A stretch of DNA of 64,000 nucleotides, taken from positions 2,721 through 66,720 of the forward strand of contig OMVN01000008.1 in assembly GCA_900314525.1 (NCBI GenBank), in the 5' to 3' direction. How positions within the stretch are numbered: position 1 is the first letter of the stretch; the number at the start of each line of letters is the position of its first letter. The position numbers and the translations under genes are program-made. Of this stretch, positions 20,810 through 29,683 are shown in pieces. Source of the stretch: an uncultured Eubacteriales bacterium. Lineage in GTDB: Bacteria > Bacillota > Clostridia > Lachnospirales > Lachnospiraceae. The notes under the pieces are model-generated. The model made no database searches, was not told where the DNA came from, and saw nothing but the letters and a program-made list of their open reading frames with translations.

Positions 20810-21241
20810 ATGGTTATGGGATTTTTTGGAGATTTATTTAAAAAAGAAGCAGGTAAAATGGTTTCTGATTTTGTAGGAGATATTACAAATGTCAATAAGA
20901 CTGAAAAATTTAATCCTGCAAAACAGTCAAGACAAGATGTAATAGACAGAACAAAGAAAGTTTTGGAAGAAAATTTTTCTGAATATATAGTTTACAATAA
21001 TATTGAACCGGGTCAGTTTGGTAATTTCTATGGTGGCAGAAATTACGATTTTGTATTATATGATGGCAGTGCAAAGAAGTTAGCTATATTGGTGCTTTCA
21101 GGACATAATGATTATGGATGTAAAGCTGTTAGAATTTCAAAAGAAGCTGCAACGGAAGAGGGAATTAAATGCATTAATATTATGTCATATCTTCCAAGTA
21201 CATATGATTATATAAAAGCAAGAATACAAGAAAATCTGTAA
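20810..21241 (+). CDS. Hypothetical protein (possible restriction-endonuclease-like/DUF2726-like alpha/beta fold)
   Basis: Strong RBS, 143 aa. YDFVL...KLAILVL pattern and a C-terminal YDYIKARI helix; the fold assignment is inference only. Confidence 0.65.
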   Translation: MVMGFFGDLFKKEAGKMVSDFVGDITNVNKTEKFNPAKQSRQDVIDRTKKVLEENFSEYIVYNNIEPGQFGNFYGGRNYDFVLYDGSAKKLAILVLSGHNDYGCKAVRISKEAATEEGIKCINIMSYLPSTYDYIKARIQENL

Positions 21242-21259
21242 TATTCTGACATATATTTG

Positions 21260-21450
21260 ATAAAACAGAAAGCGGAATGTGACAAATGTTACGCCTGCTA
21301 AGGACGAAGCATATTATTTTTTAAGCTTTGCAGGTTGGCTATAATATGTAAAGTCTAGTGTGATAAGCATAGCTTTATCACTTCAAAGCGTTTCCGAATT
21401 CTTTTTATAACTATAAGGCTGTCTTCTGTCTTAACAGGAGATAGCCTTTT
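21260..21450 (+). ncRNA. Putative structured non-coding RNA upstream of the RT
   Basis: Hairpins at 21278-93, 21294-334 and 21360-81, enclosed by long-range pairing 21260-77 with 21392-408, then a 14-bp hairpin at 21415-48 plus TT. No family recognised. Confidence 0.45.
21415..21450 (+). terminator. Terminator-like hairpin immediately upstream of the RT gene
   Basis: AAGGCTGTCTTCTG-TCTTAA-CAGGAGATAGCCTT, ending in a TTTT run. Confidence 0.6.
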
Positions 21451-21495
21451 AGAATATAAAGGTTAATTAGAAATGAAATTTAGAACAAGAAAATT

Positions 21496-22713
21496 TTGGG
21501 AGAAATTATGAAAATAATAGATTCAATTACAGATAAAAATGAGTGGCTAATGTATTTACAACATAAAATAGATGGGGAAAATATAAGGCGAGAAGAAAGA
21601 AAAAAACTGGAGAGATATATAAAAGAAGAGAAATATACATATCTTAAAGATAAAATTACAGAGGGTGAATTTTTCTCAGCACTACCGGTTAAAAAGATGG
21701 TTAATAAAGAAGGGTCAAAAAAGAGCAGGGTGGTTTATTCATTTGAAGATGAGATAAGTATTCCGCTTAAATTTATAGCTTTTAAACTCCACAAATATGA
21801 CAATAGACTTTCAGATAATTGCTATTCTTTCAGACAGGGTTATGGCGTTAAAAATGCAATCAATAAGATAAAGAGGAATAACAAAATAAAAAGTATGTTC
21901 TGCTACAAGATTGACATAAGCAATTATTTTAACTCTATTGACCCAGATACCTTGTTAGATAGAATTAGTTTTCTAAAGGAAGAAGATGAAGAAATATATA
22001 GATTATTTAGATCTATGCTTTTAAATAATAATGTTGTAGTTAACGGTAGTATTATATCAGAAAATCATGGAGCGATGGCAGGAATACCTGTGTCACCTTT
22101 TTTTGCCAATTTTTATTTGGCAGAATCGGATAGGAAATTTCAGGATGCATTATATTTCAGGTATTCTGATGACATTATTATTTTTGCTGAGAGTGAAGAG
22201 GAATTAGACAAATATAGAAAAATTCTTAGTGAAGTAATATATGAATCAAAGCTTAAATTTAATTACGATAAAGAAATAATTGCTAATCCACTAGATAAAT
22301 GGGAATTCCTGGGATTTTCATATGATGATGGTATTATAGATATTTCAGAAAATACAAAGAGAAAAATAAAATCTAAGATAAAGAGGAAAGCGGATGCACT
22401 AAGAAGATGGCAGAGAAAGAAAAATCTTACAGAGGACAAGGCAGCAATTGGATTTATTAGATCTATGAATTATAAGTTTTTTGGAGGTGGTGAAGAAGAT
22501 GAATTTACTTGGAGCAGATGGTTTTTTGGAAACATCAATACAGATAAGAGTTTAAGGGAAATTGATTCATATATGCAGGAGTATATAAGATACATAATTA
22601 CGGGAAGACATTATAAAGGTAATTATAGAATCAAGTATGAGACGATGAAAAAATGGGGATATTTAAGTCTTGTGAATGAATACTATAAAAGGCAGAAAAA
22701 CTCTGTATTTTAG
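21496..22713 (+). CDS. Orphan group-II-like reverse transcriptase
   Basis: KxxGxKxR (RT1/2), YSFRQG, KIDISNYFNSID (RT3), GAMAGIPVSPFFANFYL (RT4), RYSDD (RT5), EFLGF (RT7), thumb/X-like C-terminus. Likely start is ATG 21508 after GGGAG. Confidence 0.9.
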   Translation: MGEIMKIIDSITDKNEWLMYLQHKIDGENIRREERKKLERYIKEEKYTYLKDKITEGEFFSALPVKKMVNKEGSKKSRVVYSFEDEISIPLKFIAFKLHKYDNRLSDNCYSFRQGYGVKNAINKIKRNNKIKSMFCYKIDISNYFNSIDPDTLLDRISFLKEEDEEIYRLFRSMLLNNNVVVNGSIISENHGAMAGIPVSPFFANFYLAESDRKFQDALYFRYSDDIIIFAESEEELDKYRKILSEVIYESKLKFNYDKEIIANPLDKWEFLGFSYDDGIIDISENTKRKIKSKIKRKADALRRWQRKKNLTEDKAAIGFIRSMNYKFFGGGEEDEFTWSRWFFGNINTDKSLREIDSYMQEYIRYIITGRHYKGNYRIKYETMKKWGYLSLVNEYYKRQKNSVF

Positions 22714-22807
22714 GGTGCTATTATGGTATAATTTCTGTATACTTTTTTGGCATAAAAGCTAGATAACAGTACTAAATTAGTCGAATTTAATTCGGAAAGG
22801 AATCAAA

Positions 22808-24217
22808 ATGAAAAAGAAATTAAAGAGAGTAATATGCGGAGTGATTGCGGCAGCTATGCTTGCATCTATGACAGCATGTTTTTCGGATAACAAGAAGGAA
22901 ACATTTACAGAGGACAAGGTTGTAAGTGATAACAGAACACAGGCAGACTGGATAAAAGATGCAGTTATTTATGAGGTGAATGTAAGACAGTACACTGATG
23001 AGGGAACTTTTAATGCTTTTTCAGAGCATTTACAGAGATTAAAAGATATGGGGGTAAATACACTTTGGTTTATGCCAATTTACAGTATTTCTCAGGTTAA
23101 CAAAAAAGGAACACTAGGTTCTTATTATTCAATAAGCGACTATATGAGTGTAAACAGTGAATTTGGTACAATGGAAGATTTCAAAAATCTTGTAGACAAA
23201 GCACATGAAATGGGATTTCATGTAATGCTTGACTGGGTTGCAAATCACACAGGATGGGATCATGTATGGATTAATGAGCATCCGGAATATTATAAAAAAG
23301 ACGATAGTGGAAATATTATTTCTCCTCTTGGAACAGACTGGAATGATGTGGCGCAGCTTGATTACAATAATAACGATATGAGACAGGCTATGATTGATGC
23401 AATGTCGTATTGGGTTAAGGATTTTGAAATTGACGGATTCAGATGTGATTATGCACAGGGTGTTCCAGTGGATTTCTGGGAGAGTGCAAGAACAGAACTT
23501 GATAAGATAAAACCGATTTATATGCTTGCAGAGGATGGAACAAATGCAACATCACTTTTAGAAAATGCATTTGACAGCGACTATAATTTTGCGTTGTATG
23601 ATTCACTAAAAACAGCTTCAAAGATGCCAGCTCAGGCCGGAAATGTAATGAAGGCAATTAAGTCAGATAATCTACCATATGCATCGTTTAAAATGAATTT
23701 CCTTGATAATCATGATAAGAACACATATGATAAGGAAATGAAGGAGAGATTTGGAGATGAGTCACTTGGAGCACTCTACACAGTTGCATTTACAGCTTAC
23801 GGAGTTCCGCTTATTTATTCAGGAAATGAAGAGGATTCAGACATTGCTCTTGAATTCTTTGAAAAAGATAATATAGGCTTTGGCGATTATAAATATCAGG
23901 ATCTTCTCACAAAACTCTGCCACATAAAGGAAGATAATGAGCCATTATTTAATGGAATATATGGAGGCCTTATTAGAGAAATTAAGAGTGATAACAAGAG
24001 TGTTGTTTCATATGAGAGAGTGAAAAATGGTAAGAAGATTACAGTTGTTGTAAACCTTTCAAAGAGCGAACAGAAAGTAAAATATGATAAAAAGATTTCC
24101 GATGGAAAAATACTTATTCATGGTGATTCCAAGGGAATGGATGATATATCTGGTAAATTAAATGTAAAAGATTTAAATAAATTATCACCATGGGAGTATT
24201 ACATTATTGCTTCATAA
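22808..24217 (+). CDS. GH13 alpha-amylase family lipoprotein
   Basis: Signal peptide with lipobox-like MTAC; DWVANH, catalytic GFRCD, AE and NHD. Extended -10 TGGTATAAT at 22724-32. Confidence 0.88.
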   Translation: MKKKLKRVICGVIAAAMLASMTACFSDNKKETFTEDKVVSDNRTQADWIKDAVIYEVNVRQYTDEGTFNAFSEHLQRLKDMGVNTLWFMPIYSISQVNKKGTLGSYYSISDYMSVNSEFGTMEDFKNLVDKAHEMGFHVMLDWVANHTGWDHVWINEHPEYYKKDDSGNIISPLGTDWNDVAQLDYNNNDMRQAMIDAMSYWVKDFEIDGFRCDYAQGVPVDFWESARTELDKIKPIYMLAEDGTNATSLLENAFDSDYNFALYDSLKTASKMPAQAGNVMKAIKSDNLPYASFKMNFLDNHDKNTYDKEMKERFGDESLGALYTVAFTAYGVPLIYSGNEEDSDIALEFFEKDNIGFGDYKYQDLLTKLCHIKEDNEPLFNGIYGGLIREIKSDNKSVVSYERVKNGKKITVVVNLSKSEQKVKYDKKISDGKILIHGDSKGMDDISGKLNVKDLNKLSPWEYYIIAS

Positions 24218-24233
24218 TGAAAGGACAGAGAAT

Positions 24234-25517
24234 ATGGACTATCAGACAGCGAGAGAATTTATAAATAATGTTTCAAAAAAAGGAAGTATATTAGGACTTG
24301 AATCAATAAAGAGATTAATGGATAAATTAGGCAATGTGCAGGATGAACTTAAAGTCGTGCACATTGCCGGAACTAACGGCAAGGGCTCAACACTGGCATA
24401 TATGCTCAGTGTTTTAAAAGTTGCCGGATATAAAACCGGCAGGTATAACTCACCTGCCGTTTTTGATTGTCTTGAGGTATTTTCCATAAATGGGGAAAAT
24501 ATTTCAAGAGATGATTATGCGAAGTATATGACTATTATTAAAGAAAAATGTGATGAAATAGTAAATGAAGGATTCGAAATGCCCACATATTTTGAGGTGG
24601 AAACAGCATTTGCATATAAATATTTTTATGATAAGAAATGTGATGTGGTATTAATAGAGACAGGAATGGGAGGAGATTATGATGCCACAAATGTGGTAAA
24701 TAATACTATTCTTTCAATATTATCAAGTATAAGCATGGATCACATGCAGTTTTTGGGAAATACCATAGAAGAAATAGCATATCATAAATCAGGAATTATT
24801 AAGAATGGAAGCAGAGTTATCACAGCCATTCAGGATGAAAGAGCAATGAATGTGATTAGGAAAACTGCAGAGGAAAAAAATGCAGAAATTTACGTAATGA
24901 AAGAGCCTTATAATATAAGATATGAGGAGAACAGAACGTTATTTGATTATGATGAAATGAAGGATTTGGAAACTCCCCTTCGTGGTACTTTTCAAGTTAT
25001 AAATGCAGGACTTGCAATTTCTGCGCTCAGGATTTTGGGTAAAACATCATTTAATATTACAGATAATAATATAAGAACAGGAATTAAGAATACAATATGG
25101 CATGGAAGATTTGAGAAACTCTCGGATGCTCCCCTTATCTATTTAGATGGGGGACATAATCCAGGAGCTGCAGAATATATAAGGAAAAGCATAGAAATAT
25201 ATTTTACAAACAGAAAAATAGTATATATAATAGGAGTATTAGCAGACAAAGACTATGATACGGTTTTAAGAAAAACAGCCGATCTTGCAAGCAGTATTAT
25301 AACTGTAACACCTCCCAAAAACTCAAGGGCTCTATCAGGTGATGATTTAAGAAAAACAGCACTTAAGTATAATTCCAATGTTTTATATGAGGAGAATATA
25401 ACTGATGCAGTAAAAACCGCTGTTAAAACAGCAGGAAATGATGGAGGAATAATGATATTTGGTTCACTTTCATATTTGTCAGAAATAGAGAAAACGTTAA
25501 GAGGAGATTTATTATGA
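24234..25517 (+). CDS. folC: Folylpolyglutamate/dihydrofolate synthase
   Basis: HIAGTNGKGS, ETGMGG, DHMQFLG, GRFE and LDGGHNP. Start moved to ATG 24234 after RBS AAGGA. Confidence 0.93.
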   Translation: MDYQTAREFINNVSKKGSILGLESIKRLMDKLGNVQDELKVVHIAGTNGKGSTLAYMLSVLKVAGYKTGRYNSPAVFDCLEVFSINGENISRDDYAKYMTIIKEKCDEIVNEGFEMPTYFEVETAFAYKYFYDKKCDVVLIETGMGGDYDATNVVNNTILSILSSISMDHMQFLGNTIEEIAYHKSGIIKNGSRVITAIQDERAMNVIRKTAEEKNAEIYVMKEPYNIRYEENRTLFDYDEMKDLETPLRGTFQVINAGLAISALRILGKTSFNITDNNIRTGIKNTIWHGRFEKLSDAPLIYLDGGHNPGAAEYIRKSIEIYFTNRKIVYIIGVLADKDYDTVLRKTADLASSIITVTPPKNSRALSGDDLRKTALKYNSNVLYEENITDAVKTAVKTAGNDGGIMIFGSLSYLSEIEKTLRGDLL

Positions 25518-26335
25518 TAATAGGAAATAAAAACTTTGATACTGAAAATAATACCTACATTATGGGAATTTTGAATGTAACACCAGATTCTTTTTCAGAT
25601 GGAGGTAAATATAATTTAACTGAAAATGCAATAGCTCATACAGAGCAGATGTTAAAAGAAGGTGCAGATATCATAGATGTAGGCGGAGAATCTACAAGAC
25701 CAGGATATATCAAAGTCACAGTAGAAGAGGAAATAGACAGGGTAACAAGTATCATTGAGAAAATAAGAAAAAATTTTGATACAATTATTTCAATTGATAC
25801 ATACAAACCAGATGTGGCAAAGGCAGCTATTGAAGCAGGTGCAGATCTTGTAAATGATATCTGGGGTCTTAAATATGATGAGAGAATGGCACATATTATT
25901 GCTGATAATAAGGTTGCATGCTGTCTCATGCATAACAGAAAACCAGATGCAATTCCTTATCCTGATGATGTGACAGGAACAGTTATAAATGAGTTAAAAG
26001 AAACAGTAGATATTGCATTAAAGGCAGGAATAGAAAAGAACCGAATTATGCTTGATCCAGGAATTGGTTTTGCAAAAACTCTTGAAGATAATTTGAAAAT
26101 TATGAATGGATTAGAGAGATTACAGGAGCTCTCATATCCTGTACTTCTTGGAACATCCAAGAAATCCATGATAGGACTTACATTAGACCTAGATATTAAT
26201 AACAGGGGAGAAGGAACAATTGCAACTTCTGTTATAGGTGTTATGAAAGGATGCAGCTTCTTCAGAGTACATGACGTAAAAGAAAATAAGAGAGCAATTG
26301 ATATGACAAGAGCTATATTGAATTCATGTAACTAA
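25514..26335 (+). CDS. folP: Dihydropteroate synthase
   Basis: MGILNVTPDSFSDGG, GGESTRPG, DPGIGF, GTSKKS and RVHDV. Confidence 0.96.
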   Translation: MIIGNKNFDTENNTYIMGILNVTPDSFSDGGKYNLTENAIAHTEQMLKEGADIIDVGGESTRPGYIKVTVEEEIDRVTSIIEKIRKNFDTIISIDTYKPDVAKAAIEAGADLVNDIWGLKYDERMAHIIADNKVACCLMHNRKPDAIPYPDDVTGTVINELKETVDIALKAGIEKNRIMLDPGIGFAKTLEDNLKIMNGLERLQELSYPVLLGTSKKSMIGLTLDLDINNRGEGTIATSVIGVMKGCSFFRVHDVKENKRAIDMTRAILNSCN

Positions 26336-26354
26336 TAAATCGGAGGATAGGTAA

Positions 26355-27170
26355 ATGGAAAAGACAAATGATAAAATAATTATCAAAGATCTGTGTGTGT
26401 TTGCAAAACACGGAGTATTCAAAGAAGAAAAGATAATGGGACAGAAGTTCTTGGTAAGTGTCGAACTTGAAGTGAATACAAGAAAAGCCGGAGTATCAGA
26501 TAACATAGAATTGTCTGTAAATTATGCAGATGTTTGTGAAGTTATTGAAGGCTTTATGAAAGAGTATACATTTAATCTTATAGAGGCAGCAGCAGAGAAC
26601 CTGGCACTTGTATTATTTGCAAATTTCGAGCAGCTAAAGGGTGTTAAGATTACAATAAAGAAACCATGGGCACCAATTGGAATGGATGTGGACTATGTAG
26701 CCGTTTCTATTGAAAGAAGATGGCATAGAGCATATATTGCTCTTGGCTCTAATATGGGTGACAAACTTTTATATCTTGAAAATGCAGTTGGTTCAATCAA
26801 GAATGATGTTAATTGCAAGATTTTAAAGATTTCAGATATTATTCTTACAGAGCCATATGGACCTGTTGAACAGGATGATTTCTTAAACGGATGTATTATG
26901 ATTGATACTTTATATACACCACATGAACTTCTCAGATTTCTCCAGAAATTAGAGAATGATGCAAATAGAAAACGTGATGTGCACTGGGGACCTAGAACAT
27001 TAGATCTTGATATCTTATTATATGATGATCTTGTATTATGTGATGACGAACTGGTTATACCACACCCTGAGATGCACAAGAGAGCATTTGTGTTAGAACC
27101 ACTTAAGCAGATTGCACCAGATGCAGTTCATCCTCTGTTACATCAGAGAATAAGGGATATGGTTCAGTAA
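26355..27170 (+). CDS. folK: Bifunctional dihydroneopterin aldolase / HPPK (FolB-FolK fusion)
   Basis: N-terminal FAKHGVFKEE...VNYA (FolB); C-terminal IALGSNMG and WGPRTLDLDIL (FolK). Confidence 0.93.
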   Translation: MEKTNDKIIIKDLCVFAKHGVFKEEKIMGQKFLVSVELEVNTRKAGVSDNIELSVNYADVCEVIEGFMKEYTFNLIEAAAENLALVLFANFEQLKGVKITIKKPWAPIGMDVDYVAVSIERRWHRAYIALGSNMGDKLLYLENAVGSIKNDVNCKILKISDIILTEPYGPVEQDDFLNGCIMIDTLYTPHELLRFLQKLENDANRKRDVHWGPRTLDLDILLYDDLVLCDDELVIPHPEMHKRAFVLEPLKQIAPDAVHPLLHQRIRDMVQ

Positions 27171-27193
27171 AATTTTTGAGAGAGGTACATACA

Positions 27194-28327
27194 TTGAATT
27201 TAGATTTAGGCAAAATAAGAGATGAAATCGACGCGGTCGATGAAAATATAGTAAATGAATTTCAGAAGAGAATGAAACTGTGTAAGGACGTTGCTACTTA
27301 CAAGATTGAAAATGGCAAGAAAGTTTTTGACAAGCAGAGAGAAGAAGAGAAAATAAAAAAAGTTGTTGATCTTGCAGATGGAGAATTCAATAAAAAAAGT
27401 GTAAATGAACTTTTTTCACAGATAATGTCTATGAGCAGAAAACTTCAGTATCAGATTTTGACAGAGAATGGAATGAGTGAAAAATTTGATTTTAAGAAGA
27501 TTAAAGACATCAAGATGGAAGGAAAAAAAGTTGTATATCAGGGTGTACCTGGGGCATATTCGCAGCAGGCAATGATAAAATTTTTTGGAGAAGATATTGA
27601 GAATTTCAATGTAAAAACATTTAAGGATGCATTTGTTGCTGTTGATGAGGGAAGAGCAGATTATGCTGTACTTCCAATTGAGAATTCTACAGCTGGAACA
27701 ATAAATGATGTATATGATCTTCTATTTTCATATGACTGCTATATAGTTGCAGAGACGGACGTATTGGTAAGACATGCACTTCTTGGAACAAAGGACTCCA
27801 CTTTAGAAGATATCAAGGTGGTTTATTCTCATCCACAGGGTCTTATGCAGTGTAACGAGTACCTGGAGGAACACGAAGACTGGCAGAGAATTGCTAAAGA
27901 AAATACTGCAGGCAGTGCAATGAAAGTAATGAAAGAAAATGATAAGTCACATGCGGCAATTGCCAGCACAATGGCAGCAAAGATTTATGGACTGAAAGTA
28001 TTAGAGGAAAATATCAACAGAAATAATGAAAATACCACAAGATTTGTAATTGTGAGCAGAAAGAGAGTTTTCAGAGAAGATGCAAATAAAGTGCTTGTTT
28101 CATTTGAGACAGCCCATAAAACAGGTAGTCTTTATAATATTCTCTCCCATTTTATTTTCAATGGAATTAATATGACAAGTATTGAATCTAGACCAATTAG
28201 AGAGAAAAACTGGGAATACAGATTCTTTGTTGAGGCAGAGGGAAATATCTTAGACGAAGGCATGCAGAATGCACTTATAGGAATAAAAAATGAGGCAAGT
28301 TATTTAAAGGTAATAGGAAGCTACTAG
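27194..28327 (+). CDS. pheA: Chorismate mutase / prephenate dehydratase
   Basis: IRDEIDAVD (CM domain), YQGVPGAYS, LPIENS, SHPQ, NTTRF and ACT-domain IESRP. TTG start after GAGAGG; the track starts it at 27176. Confidence 0.92.
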   Translation: MNLDLGKIRDEIDAVDENIVNEFQKRMKLCKDVATYKIENGKKVFDKQREEEKIKKVVDLADGEFNKKSVNELFSQIMSMSRKLQYQILTENGMSEKFDFKKIKDIKMEGKKVVYQGVPGAYSQQAMIKFFGEDIENFNVKTFKDAFVAVDEGRADYAVLPIENSTAGTINDVYDLLFSYDCYIVAETDVLVRHALLGTKDSTLEDIKVVYSHPQGLMQCNEYLEEHEDWQRIAKENTAGSAMKVMKENDKSHAAIASTMAAKIYGLKVLEENINRNNENTTRFVIVSRKRVFREDANKVLVSFETAHKTGSLYNILSHFIFNGINMTSIESRPIREKNWEYRFFVEAEGNILDEGMQNALIGIKNEASYLKVIGSY

Positions 28328-28352
28328 GATTTAAACAGTATGGAGGCGCATT

Positions 28353-29660
28353 ATGAACGATATTATTGATACAAGAAAATTAATGGTTTACAGAAATTTC
28401 AAACATCAGAAATTATTTGATGATTTTGAGTGGCTTATAGTTCATGCAGATGATGATTATTTTAACAAAGAGGACAAAATCGCGCTCTTATATGAGAGTG
28501 TAAATGAACTTTTAAATCTGGCGGATACATATGGATTTGAGGGAAATTTATATCACAATTTCTTAGGATTTATACTGGCAAATAATGAGAACGTATTTAC
28601 AAAGGCATCTGAGATATTAGGTGCACCACAGGGAAGTATAAATCAGATTGCAATGCATGATTTTGAAATTTTTAAGTCACTTATGGACTACGATATTACA
28701 AAGATTGATAAGACACTTCATACAGATGCTATATCTATGGTGATAGAGTACAAAAATGGTGGAAGAACAAGCAAAGTGTTCAATAAGAGGATAAGAGACA
28801 GAATCTGTGAACTAACTAAAGAATTAGAGAACAGTATTGAACTTTCAGATTATTACAGACATGTAACTGATTTTTATGAAAGCTATGGCGTAGGAAAATT
28901 TGGACTAAATAAGGCATTCAGACTTATATGCAATGAGGGAGAAGATACAAAAATTGTCCCTGTTACAAGTATAGAACATGTATATTTGGATGACCTGGTT
29001 GGTTATGAACTCCAGAAGAAAAAACTTATAGATAATACTGAAGCATTTATATCAGGAAAGAAAGCCAATAACTGTCTGTTATTTGGAGATGCAGGTACAG
29101 GAAAGTCTTCAAGCATTAAAGCAATTTTAAATGAGTATTACGGACAAGGTCTCAGAATGATTGAGGTATATAAACATCAGTTTAACAGATTATCTGATGT
29201 AATAGAGACTATTAAAGACAGAAATTATAAATTTATTATTTTTATGGATGATTTATCTTTCGAAGAATTTGAGATTGAATATAAGTATTTGAAGGCAATA
29301 ATTGAGGGTGGCCTGGGCAAAAAGCCAAATAATGTGCTCATTTATGCAACTTCTAACAGAAGACATTTAATCAGAGAGACATTTAAGGACAAGGAAGACA
29401 GAGCAGAAGATGTACATACATCAGATACAGTTCAGGAGAAGCTTTCACTTGCAGCAAGATTTGGAGTTCAGATTTATTACGGTGCGCCAGATAAGAAGGA
29501 ATTTGAAAATATCGTAAAAGTTCTTGCTGAAAAGTACGGTATAAAAGTTAATGAAAAAGATCTTTATCTTGAAGCTAATAAATGGGAAATAAGTCATGGG
29601 GGACTTTCTGGCAGAACAGCCACACAGTTTATTAACTACATGCTTGGCAAGGAGAGCTAA
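28353..29660 (+). CDS. DUF815-type AAA+ ATPase
   Basis: ANNCLLFGDAGTGKSS (Walker A), FMDDLSFE, YATSNRRHL and SGRTATQF. Confidence 0.85.
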   Translation: MNDIIDTRKLMVYRNFKHQKLFDDFEWLIVHADDDYFNKEDKIALLYESVNELLNLADTYGFEGNLYHNFLGFILANNENVFTKASEILGAPQGSINQIAMHDFEIFKSLMDYDITKIDKTLHTDAISMVIEYKNGGRTSKVFNKRIRDRICELTKELENSIELSDYYRHVTDFYESYGVGKFGLNKAFRLICNEGEDTKIVPVTSIEHVYLDDLVGYELQKKKLIDNTEAFISGKKANNCLLFGDAGTGKSSSIKAILNEYYGQGLRMIEVYKHQFNRLSDVIETIKDRNYKFIIFMDDLSFEEFEIEYKYLKAIIEGGLGKKPNNVLIYATSNRRHLIRETFKDKEDRAEDVHTSDTVQEKLSLAARFGVQIYYGAPDKKEFENIVKVLAEKYGIKVNEKDLYLEANKWEISHGGLSGRTATQFINYMLGKES

Positions 29661-29683
29661 AGGCATTAAAGAGGAGGTATTAT

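Noticed and set aside
21260-22713. Classical retron
   Set aside because: There are flanking inverted arms, but the RT lacks the retron NAxxH and VTG signatures and has a group-II-like FLG plus thumb. It is kept only as an unclassified RT-ncRNA candidate.
21242-22807. Group II intron
   Set aside because: No GTGCG 5' end and no domain V/VI (GAGC...GTACGGTTC-type) after the RT stop; only 94 nt separate it from the intact amylase gene.
18240-22807. Diversity-generating retroelement or CRISPR-associated RT
   Set aside because: No Avd-like gene, no template/variable repeat pair differing at adenines, no cas genes and no repeat-spacer array seen in the window.
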